From the IMG/VR virus record IMGVR_UViG_3300047496_000382: DNA of 64,000 nucleotides; one strand, 5' to 3'. Each line of letters opens with the position of its first letter. Within the stretch, counting starts at the first letter, position 1. Below, piece by piece: positions 10,801-19,338 of this stretch. Origin of the DNA: a virus. Both the position numbers and the translations under genes were made by a program. A model generated the notes under the pieces. It saw only the letters and a list, made by a program, of their open reading frames with translations. It made no database searches and was not told where the DNA came from.

Positions 10801-11277
10801 GAGCACAATCGCCCCATTCTGCTTCACAGCCTGTCCCGCAGGCCCATTTAGGAAGCTCGCGGCGTTGGTCGCAAACCGTTGGTACGCCGCCGTGCCCGTC
10901 ACATCCGTGAACCCGGCAGTGCGCGAACCTGCAGCAGTTCCAAGCTCTTGCAGCGCCGCCTTTGCATTGTAGAGCGGCGACACGTCCTCCACCGGCAGGA
11001 CCTTCCTCCCGAGGGAATTCACCGCGTCGAGCAAACTCGAAATCGTTTGTGATTCAGCGGGGATGTCTGTCGTCAGCAGCCTGTTTGACCCCAAAAATAC
11101 AACGTAGAACGGCGCGTTGCCGTACAGGACGAAAACCCCGGCGGCAGCCTGTTGGACATCCGTGAAGGTAACGTCAGTTCGCAAAACCCCGAGCGTATCC
11201 AGGGGTCTAGCCACCGTAGACAGAACAATCTGCTCGACCGCTGCCTGAATCTCGTCGGGGGTGTAATTGGCTGTCAT
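7882..11277 (-). CDS. large virion structural protein (baseplate/tail-associated)
   Basis: 1131 aa, T/G/A/V-rich, AIVAGVNDTL and ADQVASDINAAL modules; adjacent to fibre genes. Confidence 0.55.
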   Translation of the reverse strand: MTANYTPDEIQAAVEQIVLSTVARPLDTLGVLRTDVTFTDVQQAAAGVFVLYGNAPFYVVFLGSNRLLTTDIPAESQTISSLLDAVNSLGRKVLPVEDVSPLYNAKAALQELGTAAGSRTAGFTDVTGTAAYQRFATNAASFLNGPAGQAVKQNGAIVLTPQQARAAIPGLMSQLTAQHAALVAKVQLLAGALDDYAGLNLPQLLATNVLNNAAALVGADADVLNSLSREDRLGYVRTAILNLLAAKSAVTTFGTFNPPTDFFALTGTGFGYSDANHKATPAQLVNGLMVGAFAIVAGVNDTLALAMDGRAPIAIQLATSPIAEFDGNQAEPFVIGDGSSPVPESGFPQANNNKFKLKVGNTTYVATLTSSGGATEAVAAGGDLSGLTYGPGGSLDGLTLNMKFGSLPFAVTFNAPADINAVVAQLNAPLQPLGVQAGLFFTSIFLQDVQHVGAKASQFTIVGGPAMAVLGFTAGTYTGGTPTRSADQVASDINAALVGLDVVAESFFNPLVFSGQVNIPAGLNPVVSLAFGGTDFVALGVQPGYSLQVTSGANTGYWPITAVTSTTLTIAGTTVLQGSAPCEVGPPNKFVRVRCTNPAVQVPAELALEVIGDDTPSKGSAQLLGMPVGVPSNCLLTTADTLVKDIKNKTSQTSSTTAVVPQVSPSTVFGAQVSGLPVRSNLSDALTVTVSEVQGAGAAVFALGTLTLTVTSIAYGGTASVGYAMVVRSGANLLQSYMLQTINGGTTAKALAVGDVLVFTGAGTNDGAMAFELGDTVSGFTKYATFNVSAGPNKGTYCIDSQTSPLDFVLQTPLPTVRAGADPVFMTGDFGWMDVVLTSLDTTTASRVTPSGNASDYIFGAPADAKATTPWFQLPSIPRGLQPGDLLQFYPTNYAVVGSEFLITSVDTTLKLIGVSPDVPVASGSWTFTPQPPPVARLRVGTMNDYSVYKTQLTAWLANTTQSPLFLQSLNRLINPLLANQNPTVAQLSTAANALIALFKQLTIAAATTYNGVGPLEGAVKGYTAEPVPAIDALIKSYIEKGSDRAVDLLLGGQFSAFFGLTVNNASYAGAFQDATRAVARNDLPVRKYSRPETQTGRLLGQSQSEDFEFTSSDITEGAQVDPPTGASNTA

Positions 11278-11323
11278 CTGTTCAGTCCTCGGGGTCGAGC
11301 GCTACGTCGAGCACAGATTGTAT

Positions 11324-11650
11324 TCACCACCACCACTCAGGGTCGTCGGGCGTCAGGGCCGGAGCCCTCGCCTTGCCGGCAACTTCTGCCAGGCAGGCGC
11401 TCACCTTCAGGGCGTTCTCTACGGTGAGCTGGACGGAGACCTTCTGGAGTGGCCTGCCATCGAGCTCCGCCGTTATGAGCACCACGTCGACGGACCCTGA
11501 GCGATGGTAGCCTTGGATGTCCCAGACGAGCTTGCCCGGACGGCCGCGTGCCTGCCCGCGTCGGACGCTCCGCGAGGGGATTCGCGCGAGCACCAACAGC
11601 ACTTCAGCCAAGAGCGTCCAGACCACCCCGCAAGCGAATGCGACCCACAT
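11324..11650 (-). CDS. hypothetical protein with N-terminal TM helix
   Basis: ATGA-coupled start; hydrophobic N-terminus. Confidence 0.55.
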   Translation of the reverse strand: MWVAFACGVVWTLLAEVLLVLARIPSRSVRRGQARGRPGKLVWDIQGYHRSGSVDVVLITAELDGRPLQKVSVQLTVENALKVSACLAEVAGKARAPALTPDDPEWWW

Positions 11651-11928
11651 CAGAAGCCCGCCTTCGCAAGGAGGCACTCGCCCATGTCGACCATGGCGGA
11701 CGACAGCAGCAGGTGGAGCGTGAAGAGCTTCTCGTAGGGGGTGTCATCCCCGTCGAAGGCCGTGCCCCGCACGTTGTCGGCGATGCCTGTGCTCGCGTAG
11801 TTCCACGAGAGGTAGACGACGCCGTCGTCGAACACCTCGAGCTGTACGTCTGGTGCTGCAGCCAGGCAGAGCGCGTAGGCACGCAGGATGCCCCGCTTCA
11901 GCTGTTCTTCGGTCGGCTTCTGCATCAC
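11650..11928 (-). CDS. hypothetical protein
   Basis: Tiling, ATGA-coupled. Confidence 0.6.
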   Translation of the reverse strand: MMQKPTEEQLKRGILRAYALCLAAAPDVQLEVFDDGVVYLSWNYASTGIADNVRGTAFDGDDTPYEKLFTLHLLLSSAMVDMGECLLAKAGF

Positions 11929-12197
11929 ATCGCTCCGTTGGTCTGCGGGCGTCGGTACTTCGCGTCGTACGCCTCGGGGGTGTTCTCGGGGTCGAGGAAG
12001 AGGAGCCAGGCCTTCGGCACCTTGCGCACCCAGCCCTTCTCCCCGATGGTCAGCTCGTAGTCACCGCGCACCATGCCGCTGACCACCGCGCGGGTGCCCT
12101 CCGGGTACTTCAGCCCGCCGCGCGTGTTGATGTCGGCAGTGAGCACCACCCGACGACCGATGTCACGCCAACCGGCTGTTCGACGACGTTCGGGCAT
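11925..12197 (-). CDS. hypothetical protein, possibly SH3-like
   Basis: Tiling; short beta-rich sequence. Confidence 0.55.
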   Translation of the reverse strand: MPERRRTAGWRDIGRRVVLTADINTRGGLKYPEGTRAVVSGMVRGDYELTIGEKGWVRKVPKAWLLFLDPENTPEAYDAKYRRPQTNGAM

Positions 12198-12199
12198 GG

Positions 12200-12637
12200 T
12201 CAGTCTCCCAGGGGGTCGACGTCATCGGTGGAGTCGGCTGATGGGCCGCTGCGCGGAGCTTCCCCGCTATCGTCGATGTCGTCAGTCGGCGGGTGGCTAC
12301 TCCGCTTCGCGGTCGGCGTCTGCGGGTCGGTGGGCATGCCGAGCGAAGGAAGCGTCGCCGGCAGGAGCTCGCTGGTGCCCCCGAGGTCGAGGGGCAGGCG
12401 TGTGTCGAGCGTGCGCTGCAGCCGCTCTACGTGGAGCTCGAGCCACGGCAGCTTCTTGAGCAGCTCCTCGGTACGGTCACCAGCCTTCTCGTAGTTCAAG
12501 AAGTCCACACGTCCCTTCGGATGGAAGACGGTGGACTGCCCCACGCTCAGCGAGAACTCCTGCACCAGGCCGATGAGCTCGCCGTCCACGCGCAGCATCA
12601 CGATGCCCTCGTCCACTTCGATGGTGAGCTTGGCCAT
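12200..12637 (-). CDS. hypothetical protein
   Basis: SD present, tiling. Confidence 0.6.
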   Translation of the reverse strand: MAKLTIEVDEGIVMLRVDGELIGLVQEFSLSVGQSTVFHPKGRVDFLNYEKAGDRTEELLKKLPWLELHVERLQRTLDTRLPLDLGGTSELLPATLPSLGMPTDPQTPTAKRSSHPPTDDIDDSGEAPRSGPSADSTDDVDPLGD

Positions 12638-12640
12638 GAG

Positions 12641-12976
12641 CTACTCCCCCAACGAGACGGCGAGCCCATCGGTACGCTTGAAGCCGACGAGCTTCATGTT
12701 GTCGTCAAAAGTCGCAGCGATGTAGCCCCAGCCCGCGTTCTTGCTAGTCCCGTGGACACCCACGAGTCCGTTGAGAATCCCGAGCAGACCCACACCCCAC
12801 TTGCCTGCATCCCGAGATGCCTGGATGGTCGGATGCTGCAGCACGGCGTCGTTGATTTCGATGCGTCGCTCAACGAGCTGTTCGACGAGCGCGCGCACGT
12901 CCTCGTCCTTGATGATGGCGTTCAGTCGCCGAATGAGTTCATCAGCGAGCTGCGAGTCGGTGAGGGTCTGTTCCAT
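12641..12976 (-). CDS. hypothetical protein
   Basis: Tiling; GTAGACT 7 nt before ATG, no SD. Confidence 0.6.
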   Translation of the reverse strand: MEQTLTDSQLADELIRRLNAIIKDEDVRALVEQLVERRIEINDAVLQHPTIQASRDAGKWGVGLLGILNGLVGVHGTSKNAGWGYIAATFDDNMKLVGFKRTDGLAVSLGE

Positions 12977-13011
12977 GCGCGCGAGTCTACCTCGCGAGGG
13001 CGGAAGAAGGA

Positions 13012-13049
13012 GCTAGAAAAAGAAGCGGACTTGCGTCCGCTCCCTTCTC
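13012..13049 (-). terminator. intrinsic terminator ending TTTTTCTAGC
   Basis: GCGGAC-GCAA-GTCCGC hairpin plus U-tract. Confidence 0.75.
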
Positions 13050-13050
13050 G

Positions 13051-13443
13051 TCAAGACAAGAAACCCATGTGGTACACGCGCGTGATGTGCTGGCCCGTGA
13101 GCGACACGCGCTTCGGCGTGCCGCCCTCCGTGCCACGTGGAGCGCGTCCGCCGGCCAAGTACTTCGGCCACACGCAGCACTCGGAAGAAGGCGTGTCGTA
13201 CGAGCAGTACTCCAGCTTGGTGGCGAGGAGGTCCATCACGTAGTTGAGCGCCTTGTTCGCGGCGAGGTCAGCCTCGTTGTGAACGGGGTCGTTGATGAAG
13301 CAGCCTGCCGCGAGATGCAGCGCCTTACGCTGCTTGTCGGTGATGTCCGCGTCGGGGATGACGTAGAACTGCACCATGGCGGGGACATCTTCCCAGACGA
13401 GCAGCGTTGACGGGGCGGGCACAGGCACAGCAGCTCCAGACAT
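13051..13443 (-). CDS. hypothetical protein
   Basis: SD GGAGG; lies between promoter and terminator. Confidence 0.6.
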   Translation of the reverse strand: MSGAAVPVPAPSTLLVWEDVPAMVQFYVIPDADITDKQRKALHLAAGCFINDPVHNEADLAANKALNYVMDLLATKLEYCSYDTPSSECCVWPKYLAGGRAPRGTEGGTPKRVSLTGQHITRVYHMGFLS

Positions 13444-13539
13444 GATGAACCTCCAGGTAGGTAGAGCAGTCGAGGCCCCTCGTGGGGGCCTCGGCGGATT
13501 CGAACCGTCAGCACAGGCTGCTGTCGGCCGCGGTCATTG

Positions 13540-13569
13540 TTCTTATGCCTGAAGCACTCGATGAATTGC
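13540..13569 (-). promoter_or_regulatory. class I phage promoter
   Basis: GCAATT-N14-GGCATAAGAA. Confidence 0.75.
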
Positions 13570-13572
13570 AGA

Positions 13573-13611
13573 GCTAGAAGAAAGAGTGCGGGCTTTCGCC
13601 CGCGCTCTTCC
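13573..13611 (-). terminator. intrinsic terminator ending TTCTTCTAGC
   Basis: GCGGGC-GAAA-GCCCGC hairpin. Confidence 0.7.
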
Positions 13612-13953
13612 TCAGACCTCGCAGGTGCAGACCGCACCGCACGAGTAGCACTCCCACCACCAGGCACACTCCGGGTCGAAGTCCGCAATGCATTCGCCCC
13701 GGTTGTGCTCTTCTTCGATGAAGCTGACTGGAGCCGCGCGCACGCAGCACGTGGCACTGCAAGGACAACCACGACCAGACGGGACAGCGCGCCTTTGCGC
13801 GCAACCACGGCACTCTCCGTTGCGTCGATGCCCCTGTGTCCTACCCCCGCATGTTCGACAGGTGTGGGCTTTTCTCTGAACCGGCGGCAACGCGCGCAGT
13901 AGCTGCAACGGGTCGAAGCCGTGACGAAGACTGTTCTCTACGTGAACGAGCAT
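13612..13953 (-). CDS. Cys-rich putative zinc-binding protein
   Basis: SD GGGAGG; several CxxC motifs. Confidence 0.5.
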   Translation of the reverse strand: MLVHVENSLRHGFDPLQLLRALPPVQRKAHTCRTCGGRTQGHRRNGECRGCAQRRAVPSGRGCPCSATCCVRAAPVSFIEEEHNRGECIADFDPECAWWWECYSCGAVCTCEV

Positions 13954-13979
13954 GGCAAAACCTCCCGTCTCTTAGCTAC

Positions 13980-14315
13980 TCAGCCAGTGAATACGTGACC
14001 TTCGGCTTCCATCTCACGGCGGTCGACCTCGTCCATCGCGCGAATGCCCGATTCGCTGAGAACCTCGATGCCACCTGTTGCACTGTCACAACGAAACCCA
14101 CGAAGCAGCGCACGGGCTGTCTCCAGGTTGAGCTCCAGAACCGCCTCGTCGTGCACCTCGAGCTTCAGCGTGCGCAACTTCTTTGCGTTCTCTCGCGCCA
14201 AGAGACGCAAGCCCGCAACTAGAACAGCCTGAATGTGTGACGGGTCGAAACCTTCTCCCGGGATGTTTGTTGTGAATCCGTAAGCGACCTCGGTGCTCTT
14301 GGTGGGGATGTGCAT
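13980..14315 (-). CDS. hypothetical protein
   Basis: SD GGAGG; behind promoter. Confidence 0.6.
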   Translation of the reverse strand: MHIPTKSTEVAYGFTTNIPGEGFDPSHIQAVLVAGLRLLARENAKKLRTLKLEVHDEAVLELNLETARALLRGFRCDSATGGIEVLSESGIRAMDEVDRREMEAEGHVFTG

Positions 14316-14332
14316 GTGAAGGACCTCCATGG

Positions 14333-14362
14333 CTATTATCCCCAATTCCCTGCTGTTTTTGC
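14333..14362 (-). promoter_or_regulatory. class I phage promoter (variant)
   Basis: GCAAAA-N14-GGGATAATAG. Confidence 0.6.
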
Positions 14363-14412
14363 TTCAAGACCGTAAAGAAGAAGGGCCCACCCCGAAGGGT
14401 GAGCCCGTCTCC

Positions 14413-14634
14413 TCAACCAGCAGCTGCAGGCGGTGCATCCCGCACCACCGGCTTTGGCGCCGGCGGGCTCACCCACGTGATGGTGGGCCACGCGCCGACA
14501 CTCTTCTTGCCCGCTTTGTGGAAAGCGCGCAGGACGGGGATGTGCGGTGCGAGGGAGGTGTCTTGCTTGGCCACCTCTGCCTTCTTTGGATTGTGGCCGT
14601 GGTTGCAGTTGGGTCCGTGTACGTGGTCTTTCAT
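14413..14634 (-). CDS. small hypothetical protein
   Basis: SD GAGGG; MKDHVHGPNCNH. Confidence 0.5.
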   Translation of the reverse strand: MKDHVHGPNCNHGHNPKKAEVAKQDTSLAPHIPVLRAFHKAGKKSVGAWPTITWVSPPAPKPVVRDAPPAAAG

Positions 14635-14657
14635 GTACCCCTCGTAGTTGTTTCCGC

Positions 14658-14924
14658 CTAGCGGTTCAACATGCCCGCCCACTTCAACTTCAACAACGCC
14701 GACAGACGCGCGCACTCGGCGGCGTATCTGTCCGCACAACGCGTATGCGTCGGCTGGTCGACGGCAGGACTCTCTGCCGAGTCCCTCCATCGCTTCTCGC
14801 AGACCTCTGAAGCCTCCAAAGCCTCCTCGACCTCGAGCAACGTCGAGTCCATCGAGATGGTGGCTCGCGTCAGCTTCAACATCGAGAGCTCAAGCTCTTG
14901 GGCAGTAGCGCCGACGGGCGTCAT
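14658..14924 (-). CDS. hypothetical protein
   Basis: ATGA-coupled. Confidence 0.5.
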   Translation of the reverse strand: MTPVGATAQELELSMLKLTRATISMDSTLLEVEEALEASEVCEKRWRDSAESPAVDQPTHTRCADRYAAECARLSALLKLKWAGMLNR

Positions 14925-15208
14925 GCCTTGTACCCCAGCACGGGCTTCTCTTCGGCACCGTGGAACTGCTCGATGAACTCTTCTATCTTACAGTCGTTGA
15001 TGCCGAGCTCCAGCTCCGGCACTATCTGGCGAACAGTCTTTATGTTCGCCGCGAGCTCAGACGGCAGCGTGTTGACGCCCGTGTAGTGCTTCACGAGCTG
15101 AACGCTCTCTTTGCGCTGCTCCCGCATGCCTTCCTTCGCCGCATCACGCTCTGCGCGTGAGACATGGGAGAGAAAGCGGGGCGTCGCCGTGTCGTTGAAC
15201 AAGCGCAT
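14921..15208 (-). CDS. hypothetical protein
   Basis: SD AGGAGG; behind promoter. Confidence 0.65.
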   Translation of the reverse strand: MRLFNDTATPRFLSHVSRAERDAAKEGMREQRKESVQLVKHYTGVNTLPSELAANIKTVRQIVPELELGINDCKIEEFIEQFHGAEEKPVLGYKA

Positions 15209-15226
15209 GATGATGGCCTCCTACTT

Positions 15227-15256
15227 CTCTTGTGCCTGAAAAATAGCTGGAATTGC
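15227..15256 (-). promoter_or_regulatory. class I phage promoter
   Basis: GCAATT-N14-GGCACAAGAG. Confidence 0.75.
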
Positions 15257-15430
15257 CGAGCTTGTCTGCCCAACAGGGCGGCACCTTCTTCATGCGCACC
15301 CACGCGCAGTCGGATGTCGCGCGGTAGTAGTTCTTGGTCTGGGTGCGCCCGCGGTACTGGAGGGAGCACTTCGAGCAGATGTGCACGGCACCTGAGCTCT
15401 TGGTCGCGTTCCTCCAACGGTGTTTTTCAC

Positions 15431-15661
15431 TCACGGGCCGTCCCACATCGCGCGGTCCATCGCTGACATTCCGCACACCGAGCACGACGCCGAGGAGAAG
15501 GTCTCCCCCTCAATGCCGGGCCCGTCGGTGTCGCAGACATGCTTCGGGTCCGGGCCGCACATGAAAATCTGCGGCTCCGGTCCGTCAGCGTCGAAGCGCA
15601 TCTTGAGCACTTCGCGTTGTTCCAACCAGACACGTGCCCGGCGCTTGATGCGTGTGCTCAC
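15431..15661 (-). CDS. small Cys-containing hypothetical protein
   Basis: GTGA-coupled; CSVC motif. Confidence 0.5.
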   Translation of the reverse strand: MSTRIKRRARVWLEQREVLKMRFDADGPEPQIFMCGPDPKHVCDTDGPGIEGETFSSASCSVCGMSAMDRAMWDGP

Positions 15662-16311
15662 GTGCTCTTATCCTTCCTGCAGTTGGGGCAGACCCAACCA
15701 TCCTCTTTGGTCAGCACCCAGCCTGCCTTACGTGCCCAGGTGCGAAAGCGGCTGATGAGCGTGATGTCTTTGTCTGCAAGCCGCCAGAGCTCCAGCACTT
15801 CTTCAAGGAGTTCGCGGGTGAATACAACGGGCTCGTGCTGCTTGTACGTGCGCACGCCGTCTTCCATCAGCGCCTCGCCACACCATGTACTGGAGCCACT
15901 GTGGCACTCCTTGAGATGGGGCGGTTGGCGGTCGCCCATGATGCACTTGCCGCAGCGGTCTTGCCCCGGCGCACACATGTCTGGGCATCCGCGTTCTTTG
16001 CAAGCGCCCGACTTCGCACGCAGTCCGTAAATGTGCTCACGTGCCACAGTGCGATGCGCCAGCGCGTCCGCTTCTTCAACTGCCACCGCGAGGGCATCGT
16101 TGTGCGAACTGCGCATGATGGAGAACGCCGCGTCCTCGGAGTACTTCCCAGCCTGGTCGAGCGTGAGCGTGTATCCCTGCGAGTCGGCCTTCCACCAGAG
16201 GCAGAAGTCACCGCGCGTCCATTTCCACGAGAGCAGGTAGTACTGCTTCTCAGCGGCCACGGCGGTAGTGCCCCGTGTTGTTGCACCCTTCGCACTTGAG
16301 ACCGGGAGCAA
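15658..16311 (-). CDS. phage hypothetical protein (WWKADSQGYT type), start uncertain
   Basis: WWKADSQGYTLTLDQAGKY motif plus Cys clusters. Confidence 0.55.
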   Translation of the reverse strand: MLPVSSAKGATTRGTTAVAAEKQYYLLSWKWTRGDFCLWWKADSQGYTLTLDQAGKYSEDAAFSIMRSSHNDALAVAVEEADALAHRTVAREHIYGLRAKSGACKERGCPDMCAPGQDRCGKCIMGDRQPPHLKECHSGSSTWCGEALMEDGVRTYKQHEPVVFTRELLEEVLELWRLADKDITLISRFRTWARKAGWVLTKEDGWVCPNCRKDKST

Positions 16312-16459
16312 TCTTGCTGTCTCCCGTCCCCTCGCACAGGGGGCAGATGAGAAGTACGGTGTGAATCTCCTTCACCATCTTGAACAGGAAGTACTCGCGA
16401 ATGGAGTTCACAAGCAGGAACACCCAGATGGACACGAGCTGAATCCAGATGGCGTTCAT
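16250..16459 (-). CDS. small membrane protein with DnaJ-type Zn finger
   Basis: TM segment then CPLCEGTG and CEGCNNTG. Confidence 0.55.
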   Translation of the reverse strand: MNAIWIQLVSIWVFLLVNSIREYFLFKMVKEIHTVLLICPLCEGTGDSKIAPGLKCEGCNNTGHYRRGR

Positions 16460-16983
16460 ACTGTCCCTTTCGACGCAGCGACCATCTCGCGAATGCGCTT
16501 GTCTTTCGCCTCGCTAGAGTAGTGTGCGAAGTCGCCTGGTTCCGCATCCTTCGCAGAAACAACTCTCAGGATGCCGTGCGGGTCAGTTTCGTCGCCCACC
16601 ATGAGCTGCTGCACCGACCGCAGATGGTTTGTGGGGCAGCTGTTCTCCTCATAGTGGAAGGCGTCGTGCTGCGCCTGCGCGTCAGGGCCCCCGTCTTGGG
16701 TCGAGAAGCGCATCCCCTTCACCAGCACGAAGATGGGCTCTTTCTGCGGAAGAATCTGCAGGAGCACGTGCCGGTGGATGAGACGCTCCGCGATAGGGTC
16801 AATGAGTACCGTCCCGTCGTGGAGCACCTCGACCCGATACCCGTGACCGCAGTCGTCGCAGTACCAGGGCCCTGCGGTGCCTCCTGGTTTGATGTGGTCG
16901 ACGCGCTTCCCCTTCTGGTTATCAGGGCAGTGCGGACAGAGCACGTGCACGTACTTCACCGTCTTTGCAGGTTGCATCGTCAT
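16456..16983 (-). CDS. Zn-ribbon hypothetical protein
   Basis: CPHC and CDDC motifs; ATGA-coupled. Confidence 0.6.
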   Translation of the reverse strand: MTMQPAKTVKYVHVLCPHCPDNQKGKRVDHIKPGGTAGPWYCDDCGHGYRVEVLHDGTVLIDPIAERLIHRHVLLQILPQKEPIFVLVKGMRFSTQDGGPDAQAQHDAFHYEENSCPTNHLRSVQQLMVGDETDPHGILRVVSAKDAEPGDFAHYSSEAKDKRIREMVAASKGTV

Positions 16984-17446
16984 CGCTCTTGCGGCTCCCC
17001 GAACTCGTTGAAGAGCTCGTCCATGTTGGTGATGAACTTCGCCTCGCGGTACATCAGCTCCGGCTCGAAGTTGTCGAACTGGATGACGTAGCCCTTCGCT
17101 CCACGCCCCATCGCGTAGCCGAGCTCCCACGAGGCCGAGCGGCCCGAGGGGAGAATGAGCACGCACGTAGCTGGAGGAGATTGCGCCACGAGGACGCGAC
17201 GTAGAGGTGGTGATAGAAGTCGGGCGCTGAACCTACAAGACGAATGAAGAAGGTCTCATCCTTCTTCGGTCCGAAGTCGACGCCCACCGTCAGCCACGCC
17301 GGCGGTACCGTCAGCCACGCCGGCGGTACCGTCATGCTGTGCTCGATGCGCTTGAGCGTTTTGCGACAATCGCGGCAGTGGTCGCAGTTCGAAACCGCAC
17401 GGCACTTGAAGTGCCCGCAGCGCTCACACGCTCGGCGGTTGTTCAT
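16980..17446 (-). pseudogene. internally deleted nucleoside 2-deoxyribosyltransferase-like gene
   Basis: YVASSWRN in one frame abuts CVLILPSGRSASWELG in another; the middle is missing. Confidence 0.55.
17286..17334. repeat. 21-bp tandem repeat, 2.3 copies
   Basis: ACCGTCAGCCACGCCGGCGGT x2 plus ACCGTCA. Confidence 0.95.
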
Positions 17447-17975
17447 CGGTCTCGGCCTCCCTGAGCACGCCCATCTCGTCGAGGATTACGTACAGGTCCT
17501 TGTCCTTCTTTTCCTGGACGAGGCCCAGTGGCTTGAGCCACTCGATGAACCGGTTTGTGGCGTCGTCCCCGAACTCGAAGCGCAGGTGCTGGTCCCACCG
17601 TGCGCTCGTCCAGGAGCCGATGCGCACGAGAAGGAACTTGAGCATCTGCGCCGGCGTCGCCTCTCCCGGTTCGTAGTTGCCCTCGTTGGCTACATCTTGT
17701 GCCGCTGCGCGTTCGGCACGTAGTCGTGTACAGGCCTCATCGCGCTGATTCCGCATCAGACGGTTGGCGATGAGCAGGCGCCCCACCAACGTGCCAGGTG
17801 CTGCTTCGGCCATGTCGACGAGCAGCTCGCCGGCGGCAGCAATCTTGTCGGCTTCAGCCGCCGCCAACGTCGCGATGAAGCGGCGAACGAGCTCACCTTG
17901 CGAGCTCTGGGTCGAAGCCCAGTCGCGCGCAACAGCAATGAGCTCGTCGTGCGTATACGGCTGCGCGTCAGCCAT
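17424..17975 (-). CDS. hypothetical protein
   Basis: Tiling. Confidence 0.6.
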   Translation of the reverse strand: MADAQPYTHDELIAVARDWASTQSSQGELVRRFIATLAAAEADKIAAAGELLVDMAEAAPGTLVGRLLIANRLMRNQRDEACTRLRAERAAAQDVANEGNYEPGEATPAQMLKFLLVRIGSWTSARWDQHLRFEFGDDATNRFIEWLKPLGLVQEKKDKDLYVILDEMGVLREAETDEQPPSV

Positions 17976-18363
17976 CGGTCGTCACTTTCAGCTCCACGCC
18001 CTCGAGGGGGAAGAGCACTCCGTCGTCGACGTTGATGAGGAAGATGCGCGCGTCCGGGATGCTGCCGGGGCGTGGGGTGTAGCTGCCCTCGAGCTCGGGC
18101 ATCATGTCGTCGTAGTCGTCCTCGTTGTCTGCGTCGTTGTGGAGGTTGACCTTCACGCCGCGGTGGTCGAGCAGTCCGCGCAGGCGGTCCACCTCGCCCA
18201 CGAGGTCCGTGACCGACACGCGCATCTCCACCACTGCGCGGTCTTCGCCCGTCTGCTCGTTGTGCTTGATGACGTCGAAGTCCAACGTCTTCAGCCACGA
18301 GACCGTTCGCGTGATGGGGAACGTCTCTTCGTCCTGCTCGGTGTCCGTCTCACTGTCCGACAT
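17968..18363 (-). CDS. acidic hypothetical protein
   Basis: SD AGGAG, tiling. Confidence 0.6.
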   Translation of the reverse strand: MSDSETDTEQDEETFPITRTVSWLKTLDFDVIKHNEQTGEDRAVVEMRVSVTDLVGEVDRLRGLLDHRGVKVNLHNDADNEDDYDDMMPELEGSYTPRPGSIPDARIFLINVDDGVLFPLEGVELKVTTDG

Positions 18364-19156
18364 TCTTCTTCTCCTCGGTTGTAGGTGATACACCGTCTTC
18401 GAGAGTCTTCAAGACCTTCCTGGCGCCGGCAATGCTTTCTTCCGAAGCACCGGCCAGCGTTGCGAAGGTGACTGCCGCCGCCCAGCCAGCCATGGCTGTC
18501 GAACGCAGCACGGCGGCCTCTGCATCGCGCAGGTTGCACTTGTACCGCTCATGGAGGAGCGGCTTGAAGACGTTGCACCCACAGGGCCCGGAGAGACCCT
18601 CACGAGTCTCGCAACGGAAGGACGCTGACGCCCCACCGACACGAATCAGCATGTCGCCACCGATGGGCTCGTTATAGCCGGGCGTTCGCTGAAGAACACC
18701 CTTCGCCAAGTGCCGAGTAGTACGCAGCTCCTCGGCCAGCTTCTCCATCGTGCGCATGTGCTCTACGAGGACGGCGACGATGCCCTCGTTGATGTCCGTG
18801 CGCGGTTCCTGGATTCGATAGCTGGGGTAGGGGTAGCCCTCCTTCGTGCTCGAGGTCCAGAACTCACCGGGCACCATCGCGCGCAGCTGCACCATCGGCA
18901 GCGCCCCGACGACGTAGATGTCGAGGATGTGGTTTCGCGCGTACTTCTCCAGCCACAGTCAGGAGTGGTCGACAGCGTAATAGAGCCCGTCGTGTACCGG
19001 CAGCTCGAGCACCTGCCCAACTGCGCGTACGAGCTCGTGGCAGCGTAGGCGTGTGGAGAGCTTCACCTCGTCGAGGTTGGCGATGAGCGAGTCAGCACAC
19101 CGCATGAGCTCCTTCTCCTCTTCCGAGAAGACCTCCACCTCGCTGTAACCCTTCAT
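18350..19156 (-). pseudogene. hypothetical gene with one in-frame TGA (18959-18961)
   Basis: ORFs 18959-19156 and 18350-18895 are in frame: VDHS*LWLEKYARNHILDIY. Confidence 0.5.
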
Positions 19157-19338
19157 GTGCCGGGCTTGCTCTCGGTGGGCGTCTGCGGCACGCGTACCTC
19201 ACCGACGTCACCCTGCTCGACCAGGTCGGTGATGGAGGCGTTGGTCTTGACCTGCTCCTTCGCCGCCTCTGCAGAGTCGGCCTCGACAGTCAGCGTGCCT
19301 GTAATGGTCAGAACGTAGTTCACGTCGAAGTGCGGCAT
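19153..19338 (-). CDS. small hypothetical protein
   Basis: SD AGGAGG; VEADSAEAAKEQV motif. Confidence 0.6.
   Translation of the reverse strand: MPHFDVNYVLTITGTLTVEADSAEAAKEQVKTNASITDLVEQGDVGEVRVPQTPTESKPGT

Noticed and set aside
13462-13530. Conventional tRNA gene
   Set aside because: A T-arm is present but there is no D-arm, anticodon arm or upstream acceptor strand. Kept only as a leader motif.
15660-15695. AGGATAAGAG as a class I promoter
   Set aside because: It lies inside a coding 3' end and the CAA box is not at the 14-nt spacing.
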